Shown: positions 9,670-19,671 of the stretch, piece after piece
How the letters are laid out: each line of letters opens with the position of its first letter
Numbering within the stretch: position 1 is the stretch's first letter
NCBI GenBank assembly: GCA_963851445.1
Contig: CAWKPH010000001.1
Span: forward strand, 297,363 to 361,362
Source of the DNA: an uncultured bacterium
Lineage (GTDB): Bacteria > Patescibacteriota > Minisyncoccia > Phycocordibacterales > Phycocordibacteraceae
DNA length: 64,000 nucleotides
Direction: 5' to 3'
Translations under genes and position numbers: made by a program
Notes under the pieces: model-generated
What the model was told of the DNA's origin: nothing
What the model saw: only the letters and a program-made list of their open reading frames with translations
Database searches by the model: none

Positions 9670-10155
9670 TTATATCCCCCCAACATGTGGATAGGATTTT
9701 GTAAGAGCCGCTATCGCAAGGGCAATTGCATCAAGCTCATCATCAAGACGTTTCTTCGGAGGTAGTTCTATCAATCGAGGCACCATAGTCATAACCGAGG
9801 TCTTATCAGCGGCACCATACCCAGTCACCGCAAGTTTTACTTCTTGAGGCGAGCACTCAATTACTTCAAGACTCGCTCTTCCTGCGGAGGCCAGCACTGC
9901 ACCACGTGCTTCTGCGACACCAATGGCCGTTTTCACATTCGTGCTAAAGAATATCGACTCGAGTGCAATCGCATCAGGCTGGTACTCTTGTATCGCTCGC
10001 TCGCTCGCTTGTTGCACAACCCCCAGACGTTCTTCCTTTTTACCCTTAGGCGGAAGGATGCAATCACTCCATATGTACGTTGGTTTACTTGGGTTGCCCT
10101 CAATGACCGCGATTCCCATACGGTCGTATCCCGGATCTATTGCGAGAATTCGCAT
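9670..10155 (-). CDS. ruvC: Holliday junction resolvase RuvC
   Basis: MRILAIDPGYDRMGIAV...ALESIFF.. places the catalytic D/E residues in RuvC positions. Confidence 0.85.
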   Translation of the reverse strand: MRILAIDPGYDRMGIAVIEGNPSKPTYIWSDCILPPKGKKEERLGVVQQASERAIQEYQPDAIALESIFFSTNVKTAIGVAEARGAVLASAGRASLEVIECSPQEVKLAVTGYGAADKTSVMTMVPRLIELPPKKRLDDELDAIALAIAALTKSYPHVGGI

Positions 10156-10157
10156 GG

Positions 10158-10730
10158 CTATGTAGGCTGCGTGTCATCATCAGAGCTCTCATATCCGCGC
10201 GCGTTTGTATATACATGCTGCACATCCTCCTGCTCATCGAAGGCGGTGAGCATGAGCTCGAGCTTCGGTTCATCCGATTCGGCCATGTCCATGAGCGGTT
10301 CTTTTGGGGTATAGGAACCGTTAGGAGATTTGCTGAATGCCCAAAGTGCACTACCTTGTGTGCCAAGCTCGAAACCATTTTTTGTAATTAAATGCTTCAC
10401 CTCCTGGGTAGTCCGATTTTTGTTATCGGTGAGTGCATCTACAATGATCGCTACGCCGCCTGGACCATAAAACTCATACGTTACCTGATCAAGCTCGCCC
10501 GCATCTTTTGAAGTTCCTTTGGTAATAGCTCGTTCGATGTTGTCTTTAGGCATATTCGCTGCCCGAGCGCGTGCAACAGCACTTGCAAGACCTGGTGCAC
10601 TCGCGTTACCCCCAGCCTTCTTTGATTCAAGGGTAATAAGGCGCGCATACCGCGAAAAGGTTCTACTTTTTGCTGCGTCAGTTGCTGCTTTTTGGTGTTT
10701 TATCTGTGCCCATTTGTTGTGACCTGACAT
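10158..10730 (-). CDS. yebC: YebC/PmpR-family transcriptional regulator
   Basis: MSGHNKWAQIKHQKAATDAAKSRTF... is the canonical YebC N-terminus. The start is the internal ATG at 10730. Confidence 0.8.
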   Translation of the reverse strand: MSGHNKWAQIKHQKAATDAAKSRTFSRYARLITLESKKAGGNASAPGLASAVARARAANMPKDNIERAITKGTSKDAGELDQVTYEFYGPGGVAIIVDALTDNKNRTTQEVKHLITKNGFELGTQGSALWAFSKSPNGSYTPKEPLMDMAESDEPKLELMLTAFDEQEDVQHVYTNARGYESSDDDTQPT

Positions 10731-10793
10731 GCATATACTATACGCCTCACCCAACATCACGTTAATATGCCACGCTATTCAATAGAGAACTGA

Positions 10794-10849
10794 AATATAA
10801 AAAAACCGCTGGAAGAGCACGGGAGTCTCCTCCACAGCTCTTCCAGCGG
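10794..10849 (-). terminator. Rho-independent terminator for the 186-aa gene
   Basis: 13-bp perfect stem (CCGCTGGAAGAGC / GCTCTTCCAGCGG), followed on the minus strand by TTTTTTT. Confidence 0.65.
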
Positions 10850-10869
10850 TTTGTCGCGGGATCCTTGAA

Positions 10870-11430
10870 TCAGAACGAGGGCAACAGGAAAGCAGTCGAC
10901 ATGTCAGGATCGAACGATCGATGATTCTCTACACGAAAGGCTGACAAAGTCTCCCGCCCGCCGACTCGACTCAGAGTCAAACAATAGGGACGTGTCCTGC
11001 TTGGGTTGTTCCGACGGGGGAGTTCGATAGGCTTATGCCACACGACCAAGCTGTCAACGCCCAACTCGTCTTGACTGAATGTTTCAGCGAGGAGCATTGC
11101 AACGATAGGTAGCGGTAAGAGGAAACCACGCTTCCGAGCATACTCTCCGATACGTATCGCTTGAGAACCATTCGTAGGAACGCCGACAAGTCGATACACA
11201 TTTTTCCCGGCTTCACGACGAAAATCACGCACCCTCTTTAACAACTCAAATGCCTGCCCCGTGACGTGACGTCGTTCTTCGATCCGACGCTCGATGTCGT
11301 TGAATGGCCTCCCTCGATCTTCAACTCTCCACCTGATTTCAGAGTGATTGTTGGAAGATCGAGTTGATTGATTTCGATGCATTGGGTCCCCCTCAAATAT
11401 TTCAGAGACGAGTCTCGGTTCCGGGCTCAT
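10870..11430 (-). CDS. Hypothetical protein, 186 aa, Arg-rich; inserted between yebC and ruvB
   Basis: No recognisable motif. About 50% GC against the 45% backbone. Has its own terminator. Confidence 0.35.
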   Translation of the reverse strand: MSPEPRLVSEIFEGDPMHRNQSTRSSNNHSEIRWRVEDRGRPFNDIERRIEERRHVTGQAFELLKRVRDFRREAGKNVYRLVGVPTNGSQAIRIGEYARKRGFLLPLPIVAMLLAETFSQDELGVDSLVVWHKPIELPRRNNPSRTRPYCLTLSRVGGRETLSAFRVENHRSFDPDMSTAFLLPSF

Positions 11431-11503
11431 ACTACAATAGTATCTGCAATCTACAACTCCGGTGTTTTGGCCCCTCGTGTATGAGGTAGAACGTGATGGT
11501 ATG

Positions 11504-11540
11504 AAAAAGCCGCCCGAAGGACAGCTTTCCAGTGGGCGGC
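11504..11540 (-). terminator. Rho-independent terminator for the 90-aa membrane-protein gene
   Basis: GCCGCCC...GGGCGGC stem, followed on the minus strand by TTTTT. Confidence 0.55.
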
Positions 11541-11551
11541 TATAGAGGGAA

Positions 11552-11824
11552 TTAGCGCAGCACGTATGCGTGAAGCAGCTCAGTCACGAAGGTCTGCCGA
11601 GACACGAAGTAGTAGGTGACCCACATCACCACGTTGCCGATACCGGCAATGACAAAGAATATGTAGGGTATCATTCCTGCCAGATCCGCGTTCCAAAACT
11701 TGACGGACAAGTATACGGTGATAACCACACACACCACCGTAATGACCACAAGCAGTGGAAAGGCCAGAAAATATCCGGCTATGAACCCCACCAGAACACT
11801 TAAAGCGATGAGAAGTTCAGTCAT
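11552..11824 (-). CDS. Small integral membrane protein (3 predicted TM helices)
   Basis: 90 aa, strongly hydrophobic, with its own terminator. Confidence 0.4.
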   Translation of the reverse strand: MTELLIALSVLVGFIAGYFLAFPLLVVITVVCVVITVYLSVKFWNADLAGMIPYIFFVIAGIGNVVMWVTYYFVSRQTFVTELLHAYVLR

Positions 11825-11911
11825 CGAAGTCTCCCGTTACAGCTGATAGTTTTATAGAATGGAGTTCTTGATTTGTCAATTCTGGCTCTAAGAACCTCAC
11901 ATGAATAGAAC

Positions 11912-12901
11912 CTAAAATAGATATTGTCTCCCTGATTCGGTGAGCATGCGTCCACGAGGCGAGCGTTCAATGAAACCTAGTCGCAAAAGATAAGGCTCAT
12001 ATACGTTCTCAACTGTATCAGGATCTTCGTGAAGTGCGGATGCAAGCGCGCGAATACCCGCAGGCCCTCCCTTAAATCCTTTCTCAATGGTTTCAAGGTA
12101 GCGGCGATCGTCTTTAGTAAGGCCAAGCGAATCAATTCCAAAAAAAGCGAATGCTTCCTCTGAGACTTCTGGTGTAAGTTCTTTCTCATGCACTTCAGAA
12201 TAATCGCGCGCGCGTTTAAGAAGCGCATTTGCAACGCGAGGAGTTGCACGACTTCGTGCAGAAACCTTCTCAACCACCTTAGGAGAGACTGAAAGCCCAA
12301 GCACTTGTGCGGAACGCGTAATGATTGCCCGCAAATCTTCATCATTATAAAAATCAAGTTGATAGACCCCGCCGCCAAACCGAGAACGCAGCGGACTTGA
12401 GAGCTGCGCAACGCGTGTCGTTGCCCCTACAAGTGTGAACGGTGGAAGTGAAAGTTCCACGGTACGTGCAGAAGGCCCTTTACCGAGCACGATATCAAGA
12501 TGCCCCGATTCAAGGGCGGGATAGAGAAGCTCCTCGATCTTATTTGAGAGCTGGTGTATTTCATCTATGAAAAGTATGGAACCTGGTTCAAGATTTGTGA
12601 GAATTGCGGCAAGGTCGCCCGAACGCTCGATAGCTACTCCCGATGTGCTCTTTAGGGGGGCGTTAAGTGAAGCTGCCACTAGATGAGCGAGCGTCGTTTT
12701 TCCAACTCCAGGGGGGCCATAAAAAAGTATATGTTCAGGCATGTCGCCACGCTTACGTGCTGCCTCCAACAGAACGTTCACATTGTTCTTTACATGTGAC
12801 TGGCCGACATAGTCGTCCCAAACCGAAGGCCGAAGCGTAGCATCGAGCTGCCGATCAGGAGTACGGAGCGTAAAGGAAGGGACATCAGGAGTACTTGACA
12901 T
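11912..12901 (-). CDS. ruvB: Holliday junction branch-migration helicase RuvB
   Basis: AAA+ Walker A (GPPGVGKTTLA) and Walker B (ILFIDEIH), with the RuvB C-terminal winged helix. Confidence 0.9.
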   Translation of the reverse strand: MSSTPDVPSFTLRTPDRQLDATLRPSVWDDYVGQSHVKNNVNVLLEAARKRGDMPEHILFYGPPGVGKTTLAHLVAASLNAPLKSTSGVAIERSGDLAAILTNLEPGSILFIDEIHQLSNKIEELLYPALESGHLDIVLGKGPSARTVELSLPPFTLVGATTRVAQLSSPLRSRFGGGVYQLDFYNDEDLRAIITRSAQVLGLSVSPKVVEKVSARSRATPRVANALLKRARDYSEVHEKELTPEVSEEAFAFFGIDSLGLTKDDRRYLETIEKGFKGGPAGIRALASALHEDPDTVENVYEPYLLRLGFIERSPRGRMLTESGRQYLF

Positions 12902-13274
12902 AAAATCTATCTATGCTAGCATTATATCATATCTGAGAAAGCCTTGGATACGCACCTTCCGACGCGAAGGTTTTTTCTTTGCCCATCACACCCGTGAGAG
13001 GTAACAGACAAAATCCTGCTCATTACCCTCTAGGCAAGGCTTGACGGCTTACGGGCGACTCCCCAAGGACCTTTTGGTACCGCGCTTGTACGCGACCCAC
13101 TGGTAGCATCCTCAGGCGTTTCGTCCACTTCTTCACTTGTGAAGATTATGCCTGGAGGGTACTGCGCGGGATTTTTTGTAATTAACAGGACAGACAAATA
13201 TTGACTGGCATTTCCAAGAGTACTACATTTACTCTTGTTCACTGGTACAAAACTTCATAGAGGAGTAATGGGGC

Positions 13275-13562
13275 ATGAGCTTGTACATTGGTCGTGTCAA
13301 AGGTATTGGAAAGAACGGCGAATTTGCTTTCATTGATTTCACAACAATTACAAGGGCGGATGAACAAAAGGACCTTAAGATACAGGGGCTAAGGAGCGAT
13401 CTTTTCCTTCACGTGAATGAAAACCAAGATCTCCCAAGGCCTTTGAGTCGTTGCCACAGAGAAAGTATAATTTTCGAAATTGATTTTGACCGGCGCAATA
13501 GCCGTGGTTCGCCTCTCGTATACAACGCTCAACTTCGCTTTCAAAGAGCAACCGGGAAGTAA
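13275..13562 (+). CDS. Cold-shock-domain-like nucleic-acid-binding protein
   Basis: GRVKGIGKNGEFAFIDF...DLFLHVNE...IIFEIDF resembles the CspA pattern (GxVKWFNxxKGFGFI...FVHxS...VxFE). Confidence 0.5.
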   Translation: MSLYIGRVKGIGKNGEFAFIDFTTITRADEQKDLKIQGLRSDLFLHVNENQDLPRPLSRCHRESIIFEIDFDRRNSRGSPLVYNAQLRFQRATGK

Positions 13563-13571
13563 AGTTGCCAA

Positions 13572-13598
13572 CAGATCCGCTTCGGCTGATCTTTTTCA
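13572..13598 (+). terminator. Terminator after the csp-like gene
   Basis: AGATCCGC TTCG GCTGATCT hairpin with a UUCG loop, followed by TTTTT. Confidence 0.55.
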
Positions 13599-13604
13599 TA
13601 TATT

Positions 13605-13640
13605 TACAAGAAAGAGGACGGTCTGGGACCGTCCTTTCTG
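13605..13640 (-). terminator. Terminator for pilB
   Basis: 10-bp stem (AGAGGACGGTC / GACCGTCCTCT), followed on the minus strand by a U-rich tract. Confidence 0.5.
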
Positions 13641-13855
13641 TATATGAGCCTTGAATGCTATGTCCTTGCTGTCTCAGGGAATCCATAGAAAGCGAGGAGC
13701 ATGTCTTTCCATATGTCACAGAACAGGGGAAAGAATAAGTATGAGCATAGGAGCACGATGGCCTCCTGCATTCCACTGAGACAGCAAGGACATCCTCGTC
13801 GTCTACTAGCCAATTGTATTACCCACTGCTCTCGTATACAGATGTTATGCACCTG

Positions 13856-15550
13856 CTAACTCGATACATCGCGAGGAAGATCAACAACACTAAATACTTC
13901 TTCTAGTGATGTGATTCCTGCGAGTGCTTTGAGAACACCATCTTGCGCCATGGTTAAATAGCCCTGTTTCGAAGCTTCTTTAGCAATTTCGCCCTCGCTC
14001 GGATTGTTTCGTAGGAAGGTGCCGAAGGTATCATCCATAAATATGCCCTCGAAAAGTCCGGTGCGGCCTTTGTAACCCGTGTCTTCGCCATTTGGAACGG
14101 GAGACCCAACCTCCTCAATTGAGGCTGGCATAAGTGATTGATCAGACAATGTACTAAATATTTTTTGTATCGTGGCTTTTTCTTCACTAGTGGTGGGGCG
14201 CATAGTGTGAGTTTTTGGATTCAAGGTACGAACGAGTCGCTGCGCCATTGCCACAGATATTGCAGATGCGAATGACTTTGGATCGGCACCAAGATCAACC
14301 AGACGCGGAAAAGTGCCCGCAGCGTTGTTTGTGTGAAGTGTGCTAAACACAAAGTGACCAGTCAGTGCAGCCTGAATTGCAGTCTCTGCAACTTCCGCAT
14401 CGCGAATCTCACCAACCATGATGTCGTCAGGGTCCTGGCGAAGTATCGAACGAAGCCCAGAGGCAAAAGAATAATTCTTTTCTATTTGTGTCTGCACGAT
14501 TCCTTTCAGATGATATTCAATTGGATCTTCGATGGTGACGATCTTTATGTCGGGCGTGTAAATTTCCTGAAGAAAGGCATAGAGTGTTGTGGTTTTTCCA
14601 GAGCCAGTTGGTCCCGTTGTAAGAAGCATTCCATTCGGACGTTTGATTTCCTCACGCAAACGCTTCAGCAATTTCGGATGCATCCCCATGGAATCGAGTG
14701 TTTGTTCTATCGATGATGGATCGAGAAGACGCATCACAATTGATTCGCCATAATTGCCAGGTATAAGCGAGGTGCGAATCTCGATTTCTTTACCGCCCAT
14801 AACGACACTGAAACGACCATCTTGGGCACGGTCGGTAACGTTTAGTTTTAATCCAGAAAGTAATTTAATGCGTGAGGTGATAAGTCGGTCAGCGTGCGAG
14901 TCGAATGAGAATACATCAGTGAGCACACCATCAAGACGAAAGCGCATGCGGATAAGGCCATCTTCGGGTTCAATATGTATGTCTGAAGCACGAAGTGAAA
15001 ACGCAGAAGCAAGTACCGCTTCAAGAATCTTGGAAGTTTCCGCGTGATGCTTTTCAGCCATAGCGCTTGTGAGAAAGGTGCGTAGAGCAGGAAGGTCAGA
15101 GAGTTCTTTTGAAAGAACGTCAAGCTCAGCACTTTCGATGTTAAAGATCCCCGCCTCACTTTTGGTCGTGAGCGACAGATCCTGATACCGATCAATACCT
15201 CGCTGTAAGCTCGGCTCGGAAATTAAGTACTTATCCAGAACATAGCCCTCAGTCTCAAGATCATGGGAAACTCGCGCAAGTGCGTCGTTATTGGGATTAC
15301 GAAGTGCTACCGAAAGATTTTTTCCGTTCTTATCAAATGCAATAATTTCAGCTTCCCTCGCATCCTTTTCCGAGATTAGACGCAGGGCATCCATGTTAAG
15401 AGGGATGAGCGCAAGATTTATATAGGGAATTTCATATTTTTCAGCCAAGACCTGCGTAAGATCCTCCTCCTCCTTTGTTCGGATTGAGGCAAGTTTTGCG
15501 TCCTCGGCGTTTGCATCGAAATCGTGCGGCATAGCTCTATAGTACCGCAC
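13856..15550 (-). CDS. pilB: Type IV pilus assembly ATPase PilB (GspE family)
   Basis: GspE N-terminal domain plus Walker A (LLTTGPTGSGKTTTLYAFL), Asp box, Walker B and His box. Confidence 0.85.
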   Translation of the reverse strand: MRYYRAMPHDFDANAEDAKLASIRTKEEEDLTQVLAEKYEIPYINLALIPLNMDALRLISEKDAREAEIIAFDKNGKNLSVALRNPNNDALARVSHDLETEGYVLDKYLISEPSLQRGIDRYQDLSLTTKSEAGIFNIESAELDVLSKELSDLPALRTFLTSAMAEKHHAETSKILEAVLASAFSLRASDIHIEPEDGLIRMRFRLDGVLTDVFSFDSHADRLITSRIKLLSGLKLNVTDRAQDGRFSVVMGGKEIEIRTSLIPGNYGESIVMRLLDPSSIEQTLDSMGMHPKLLKRLREEIKRPNGMLLTTGPTGSGKTTTLYAFLQEIYTPDIKIVTIEDPIEYHLKGIVQTQIEKNYSFASGLRSILRQDPDDIMVGEIRDAEVAETAIQAALTGHFVFSTLHTNNAAGTFPRLVDLGADPKSFASAISVAMAQRLVRTLNPKTHTMRPTTSEEKATIQKIFSTLSDQSLMPASIEEVGSPVPNGEDTGYKGRTGLFEGIFMDDTFGTFLRNNPSEGEIAKEASKQGYLTMAQDGVLKALAGITSLEEVFSVVDLPRDVSS

Positions 15551-15585
15551 CAGCCGACCTTTCAGTATTTTGATACAATGAGGCT

Positions 15586-16038
15586 ATGGACATCACGAGC
15601 AAGGTCTTGCATTCTCCTTCCGAAATGGAAAAAGAAGCTGCCTCACTTGTAAATGAGCTCGAGCCTGAGGCCACCCACGCCACCCTTATCACGCTTTCGG
15701 GTGAACTAGGGGCCGGGAAAACTACGTTTACACAGTTTCTTGCAAAAGCGCTCGGCGTAGACGACACCGTCAATAGCCCAACATTCGTCATAGAGCGTAT
15801 ATACGACATCCCTGAAAATGCAGCGGCGCGATACGCGAGACTTGTTCATATCGATGCGTATCGGTTGCAAAACGACAGCGAACTAACGGCGCTCGGATTC
15901 GAAGAAATCATGAGCCATCCGAAGAATCTCATCATGCTCGAATGGCCAGAAAATGTGCCGATAATCGCACAACAAGCGCAGGTGCGGCTTGTATTTAAAG
16001 CTCTCTCTGATGAATCGCGTCAGATTACCTATGCCTAA
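15586..16038 (+). CDS. tsaE: tRNA t6A37 biosynthesis ATPase TsaE (YjeE)
   Basis: LSGELGAGKTTF...SPTFVIERIY matches TsaE P-loop motifs. Confidence 0.6.
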   Translation: MDITSKVLHSPSEMEKEAASLVNELEPEATHATLITLSGELGAGKTTFTQFLAKALGVDDTVNSPTFVIERIYDIPENAAARYARLVHIDAYRLQNDSELTALGFEEIMSHPKNLIMLEWPENVPIIAQQAQVRLVFKALSDESRQITYA

Positions 16039-18494
16039 GACTGCAACAAAAAAGACTCCTATAGCGAAGGCCGTCGTACAGAAAAATTCCGGAGTTGGTA
16101 AGAAGCGAGAGAGACTCATTTTGCTCGATGCGCACGCAATTATCCACCGCGCATACCACGCACTCCCGGACTTTTCGAGCCCGAGCGGAGAACCGTCGGG
16201 AGCACTCTATGGACTTTCTTCGATGCTGCTGCGCATCATTGCTGATCTCAAGCCTGACTACATTGCTGCCTGCTACGACCTTCCAAAGCCAACTATGCGG
16301 CATGAAGCATATCCTGCTTATAAGGGAACACGCGCGAAAATTGATGAGGCCCTCATCACACAAATTATTTCTTCACGCAAGGTATTCGAAGCATTTTCCA
16401 TACCTATATATGAAAAAGAAGGTTTCGAAGCTGACGATATACTTGGCACCATTTCACACCTGTACAAAGACGATCATTCTCTAGAAATAATCATCGCCTC
16501 GGGAGATATGGACACACTCCAGCTCGTCGATAAGGATCGTGTAAAGGTCTACACCCTCAAGAAGGGAATAACCGACACCATCTTGTATGACGAAAAGGCG
16601 GTGCGTGATCGTTTCGGGTTTGATCCAATCCTGATACAGGATTTCAAAGGCCTACGTGGCGATCCTTCTGACAACATTATTGGTATTCCTGGCATTGGGG
16701 AGAAAACGGCAACGGATCTCATTGTAAATTTCGGCTCCATAGAGAAAATGTACAAGACATTAAAGAAGGATGAAAAACAATTTCTTGATAAGGGAATCAA
16801 ACCACGCATCATTGAGCTCCTGAAAACGCATGAAGAGGACGCCATTTTTTCGAAAATGTTGGCGACGATCCGCTTAGACGCACCAATAAAATTCAAATTA
16901 CCTGAAGCAGTATGGAAAGATGGTCGTACGTTGCCTAAAATACTTGCGCTCTTCGATGAATATGGATTCCGTTCTATACGCGAGCGCGCGAAGACAGTAT
17001 TCCATGTATCAGCACAAATGGATGAGAGCGGCGAATTCACGGAAGATACGAACAAAGATGACGTCGCCTCCCCGGAAGACATTCCAGAAGAAACGCTTAG
17101 AGATGCGAAGGTTCTTCTCTGGCTCCTCGCTTCTGATTTCACGAATTCGACACTTGAGGACATGCTTTCCTACACGCGTGCACAAACGTTTGCAGAGGCG
17201 TACGTAATTCTGAAGCAAAAAGTAAAAGAAACTGGTCGGCTTCAGGAAGTGTACGAAACGATCGAAAAACCACTTTCACCAGTGTTACGAAAGATGGAGG
17301 AGCGGGGCGTGCTTATCGATCGCGAAACGATGGCTACACTCGCAAAAAAATATCGAGCAGAGCTTGAGAGCGCCGAGAAACAAATCTACAGCCTTGCAGG
17401 ACACGAATTCACTATAAGTTCGCCGCGACAGCTCGGCGACGTGCTTTTTGATGAACTTGGCCTCAAGGCTAAGGGGCAAAAAAAGACGGCAACCGGACAA
17501 CGTTCAACACGAGAATCAGAACTCGAAAAAAATTCGAGAACTGCACCCAATTGTAGAAGCTATTCTTGAATATAGGCAGATCCAAAAACTACTTTCGACA
17601 TACATCGAAAGTATCCCGCCTATGCTCCACGCGGACGGCCGACTCCACGCAGAATTCCTACAAACCGGCACAACAACCGGTCGCATGGCTTCTCAAAATC
17701 CAAATCTGCAGAACATTCCAATTAGAAGCGATCGTGGCCGCGCTATTCGCGACGCATTCATTGCCTCTTCTGGTTTCACCCTTCTCGCTCTCGATTATTC
17801 CCAGATAGAGCTGCGCATCGCGGCTATTCTTTCGGGCGATCCAATCCTATGTGAAATTTTCAAAAGTGGTCGTGATGTGCATCAAGAAGTTGCTGCACGT
17901 GTGTTTGGAGTTGAGCCTGAAAGAGTCGATCGCGAAATGCGTCGCCGCGCTAAAATAATCAATTTCGGTATCTTGTATGGCATGGGGGTCAATGCACTCC
18001 GCCAGCAACTGGGCACCTCAACTGCGGAAGCACATAAATTTTATGATGACTACTTTGCAACATTTGTGCGGCTTGCACAGTATCTTGAAGAAGTACGTGG
18101 GTATGCGCGTAAGCATGGTTTTACGGAAACGCTTTTCGGCAGGCGCCGAGAATTCTCAGGCATAAAGTCACCGCTGCCATTCGTACGCGCTCAGGCCGAA
18201 CGTATGGCGATCAATGCACCTATACAAGGAACTCAGGCTGACCTCATCAAACTCGCCATGGTACGCATCGACCAGATGCTTACAGAAGAAAGAGCTCAAC
18301 AAGATGCGTACTTATTACTCCAGGTACACGATGAACTTGTTTTCGAAGTTCGTGACGAACGTCTATCAGTGCTTGCCAAAAGCATAAAGGAAATCATGGA
18401 ATCCGCATTTCCCTCGGAGGAAACGAAAGGGGTTCCAATAATTGCCGAAAGTCGCGTGGGACCTAACTGGGGAGAGATGGAACGGATAATTTGA
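16031..18494 (+). CDS. polA: DNA polymerase I (5'-3' exonuclease + degenerate 3'-5' exonuclease region + polymerase); frame broken in an A7 run
   Basis: The start ATG at 16031 overlaps the tsaE stop in ATGCCTAA. 5' nuclease motifs (LILLDAHAIIHRAYHA, EADDILGT), then KKTATGQRSTRESELEK in frame 2. Frame 3 continues with IRELHPIVEAILEYRQIQKLLSTYI... through motif A (LLALDYSQIELR), motif B (RRRAKIINFGILYG) and motif C (LLQVHDELVFE). The shift is inside gaaaaaaatt at 17526-17532. Confidence 0.85.
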
Positions 18495-18539
18495 AACTCA
18501 GTGCCTTTAGCGTAGTATTCGGTGTAGAGAAAATACATA

Positions 18540-18782
18540 TTGATGGGGGAGGAAGTCATGGCTCAAAACCTGACTCTACAAGAGAAGAAGGTTAGGCGTA
18601 CGCTCAACCCGCTATGGCTCATCTGCGCCGGCGGCGCACTAATAGTTGGAATCGTTTTCGGCGCTGGTTCCTACTTGTTGTCTTCAGCAAACCTGACTGT
18701 AACAATTTTGTTTGGGGTGGTGAGTGCGGCCTGCACATTCTTCAGTCTTGGCATTTTCTGCTCGAATTCCAATTGCAGGTAA
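18540..18782 (+). CDS. Small membrane protein (2 TM helices)
   Basis: 80-aa hydrophobic ORF directly after polA. Confidence 0.35.
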   Translation: MMGEEVMAQNLTLQEKKVRRTLNPLWLICAGGALIVGIVFGAGSYLLSSANLTVTILFGVVSAACTFFSLGIFCSNSNCR

Positions 18783-18864
18783 AAGCCGCATACCCACACA
18801 TTTCCAAATGCCAGAGCGCTTCTATATAGGGGCGCTCTTTTTCATTCCAGGATAGAATGCTCTT

Positions 18865-19566
18865 ATGATCTATCTTTTTTATGGATCGGATGTAAGTAAG
18901 GTACGAGCGAAAGCTTTCGCATGGATAGCAGCAGCACGCGCAAAGGCACCTGAGGCTCCCTATATAAGGCTCGAAGGCGGAACCTTAACACGCGGTGCGC
19001 TCTCAGAAGCCTTGAGTGCACAAGGACTCTTTTATGCAAGATCGCTTGTTCTCATCGACGATCCATTTACGGAGAGCGAATCTGGTGAACTCATACTTTT
19101 GATGCTTTCTGAACTTGCTGAATCAAAGAACCCAATAGCCATAGTCGCACCAAAGCTCCTCGTAACTCGTCTAAAGAAGATAGAACCTTTTGCAACTAAA
19201 TTGTTCGAAATAGATAGTGTAGAAAAAAAACCAGCAAGGGGATTCAATAGTGCCCTTGTGAACGCGCTTGGTGCTAAGGACGGCGCTGTACTCTGGAGAG
19301 AGATCGTAAAAGCGATACGACAGGGCGATGCTCCAGAGGCACTACACGGATTACTTCATTGGAAAGCACGGGAACTTATGCAAAAAGGAAATCAAAAATG
19401 GAAACCAGGTGAAGCTCGTGTATTATCACGCCAGCTCATCGAACTTGTTTCCGATTCCCGTAGTGGAGATTTGCCACTCTCACTTGCACTCGAACTTTTC
19501 GCGCTCTCATTAAATAAACAATACGTGTCCGCCCGGCAGGGATCGAACCTGCGACCGTCTCCTTAA
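18865..19566 (+). CDS. Possible DNA polymerase III delta subunit (HolA-like)
   Basis: The N-terminus MIYLFYGSD... and overall pattern resemble HolA. The 3' end of the ORF overlaps tRNA-Lys on the opposite strand, so the true stop is uncertain. Confidence 0.35.
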   Translation: MIYLFYGSDVSKVRAKAFAWIAAARAKAPEAPYIRLEGGTLTRGALSEALSAQGLFYARSLVLIDDPFTESESGELILLMLSELAESKNPIAIVAPKLLVTRLKKIEPFATKLFEIDSVEKKPARGFNSALVNALGAKDGAVLWREIVKAIRQGDAPEALHGLLHWKARELMQKGNQKWKPGEARVLSRQLIELVSDSRSGDLPLSLALELFALSLNKQYVSARQGSNLRPSP

Positions 19567-19600
19567 AAGGGAGCTGCTCTACCAACTGAGCTACGGGCGG
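19528..19600 (-). tRNA. tRNA-Lys (anticodon UUU)
   Basis: Cloverleaf: CCGCCCG/CGGGCGG acceptor, GCTC/GAGC D-stem, anticodon loop CTTTTAA, T-arm GCAGG-TTCGATC-CCTGC. CCA is not encoded. Confidence 0.8.
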
Positions 19601-19671
19601 TGTGTAACTGCAAAAACAGGTGCAGTAAGAAAGATATACCACGAACCGAGTGCGCTGCGAAGCGCACTACG

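Noticed and set aside
12980-13260. RNase P RNA, SRP RNA or tmRNA in the long ruvB-csp intergenic region
   Set aside because: None of the universal motifs (AAGUCCGG P4 sequence, the SRP domain IV GGAA/AGCAG motif, the tRNA-like tmRNA 3' end) are present.
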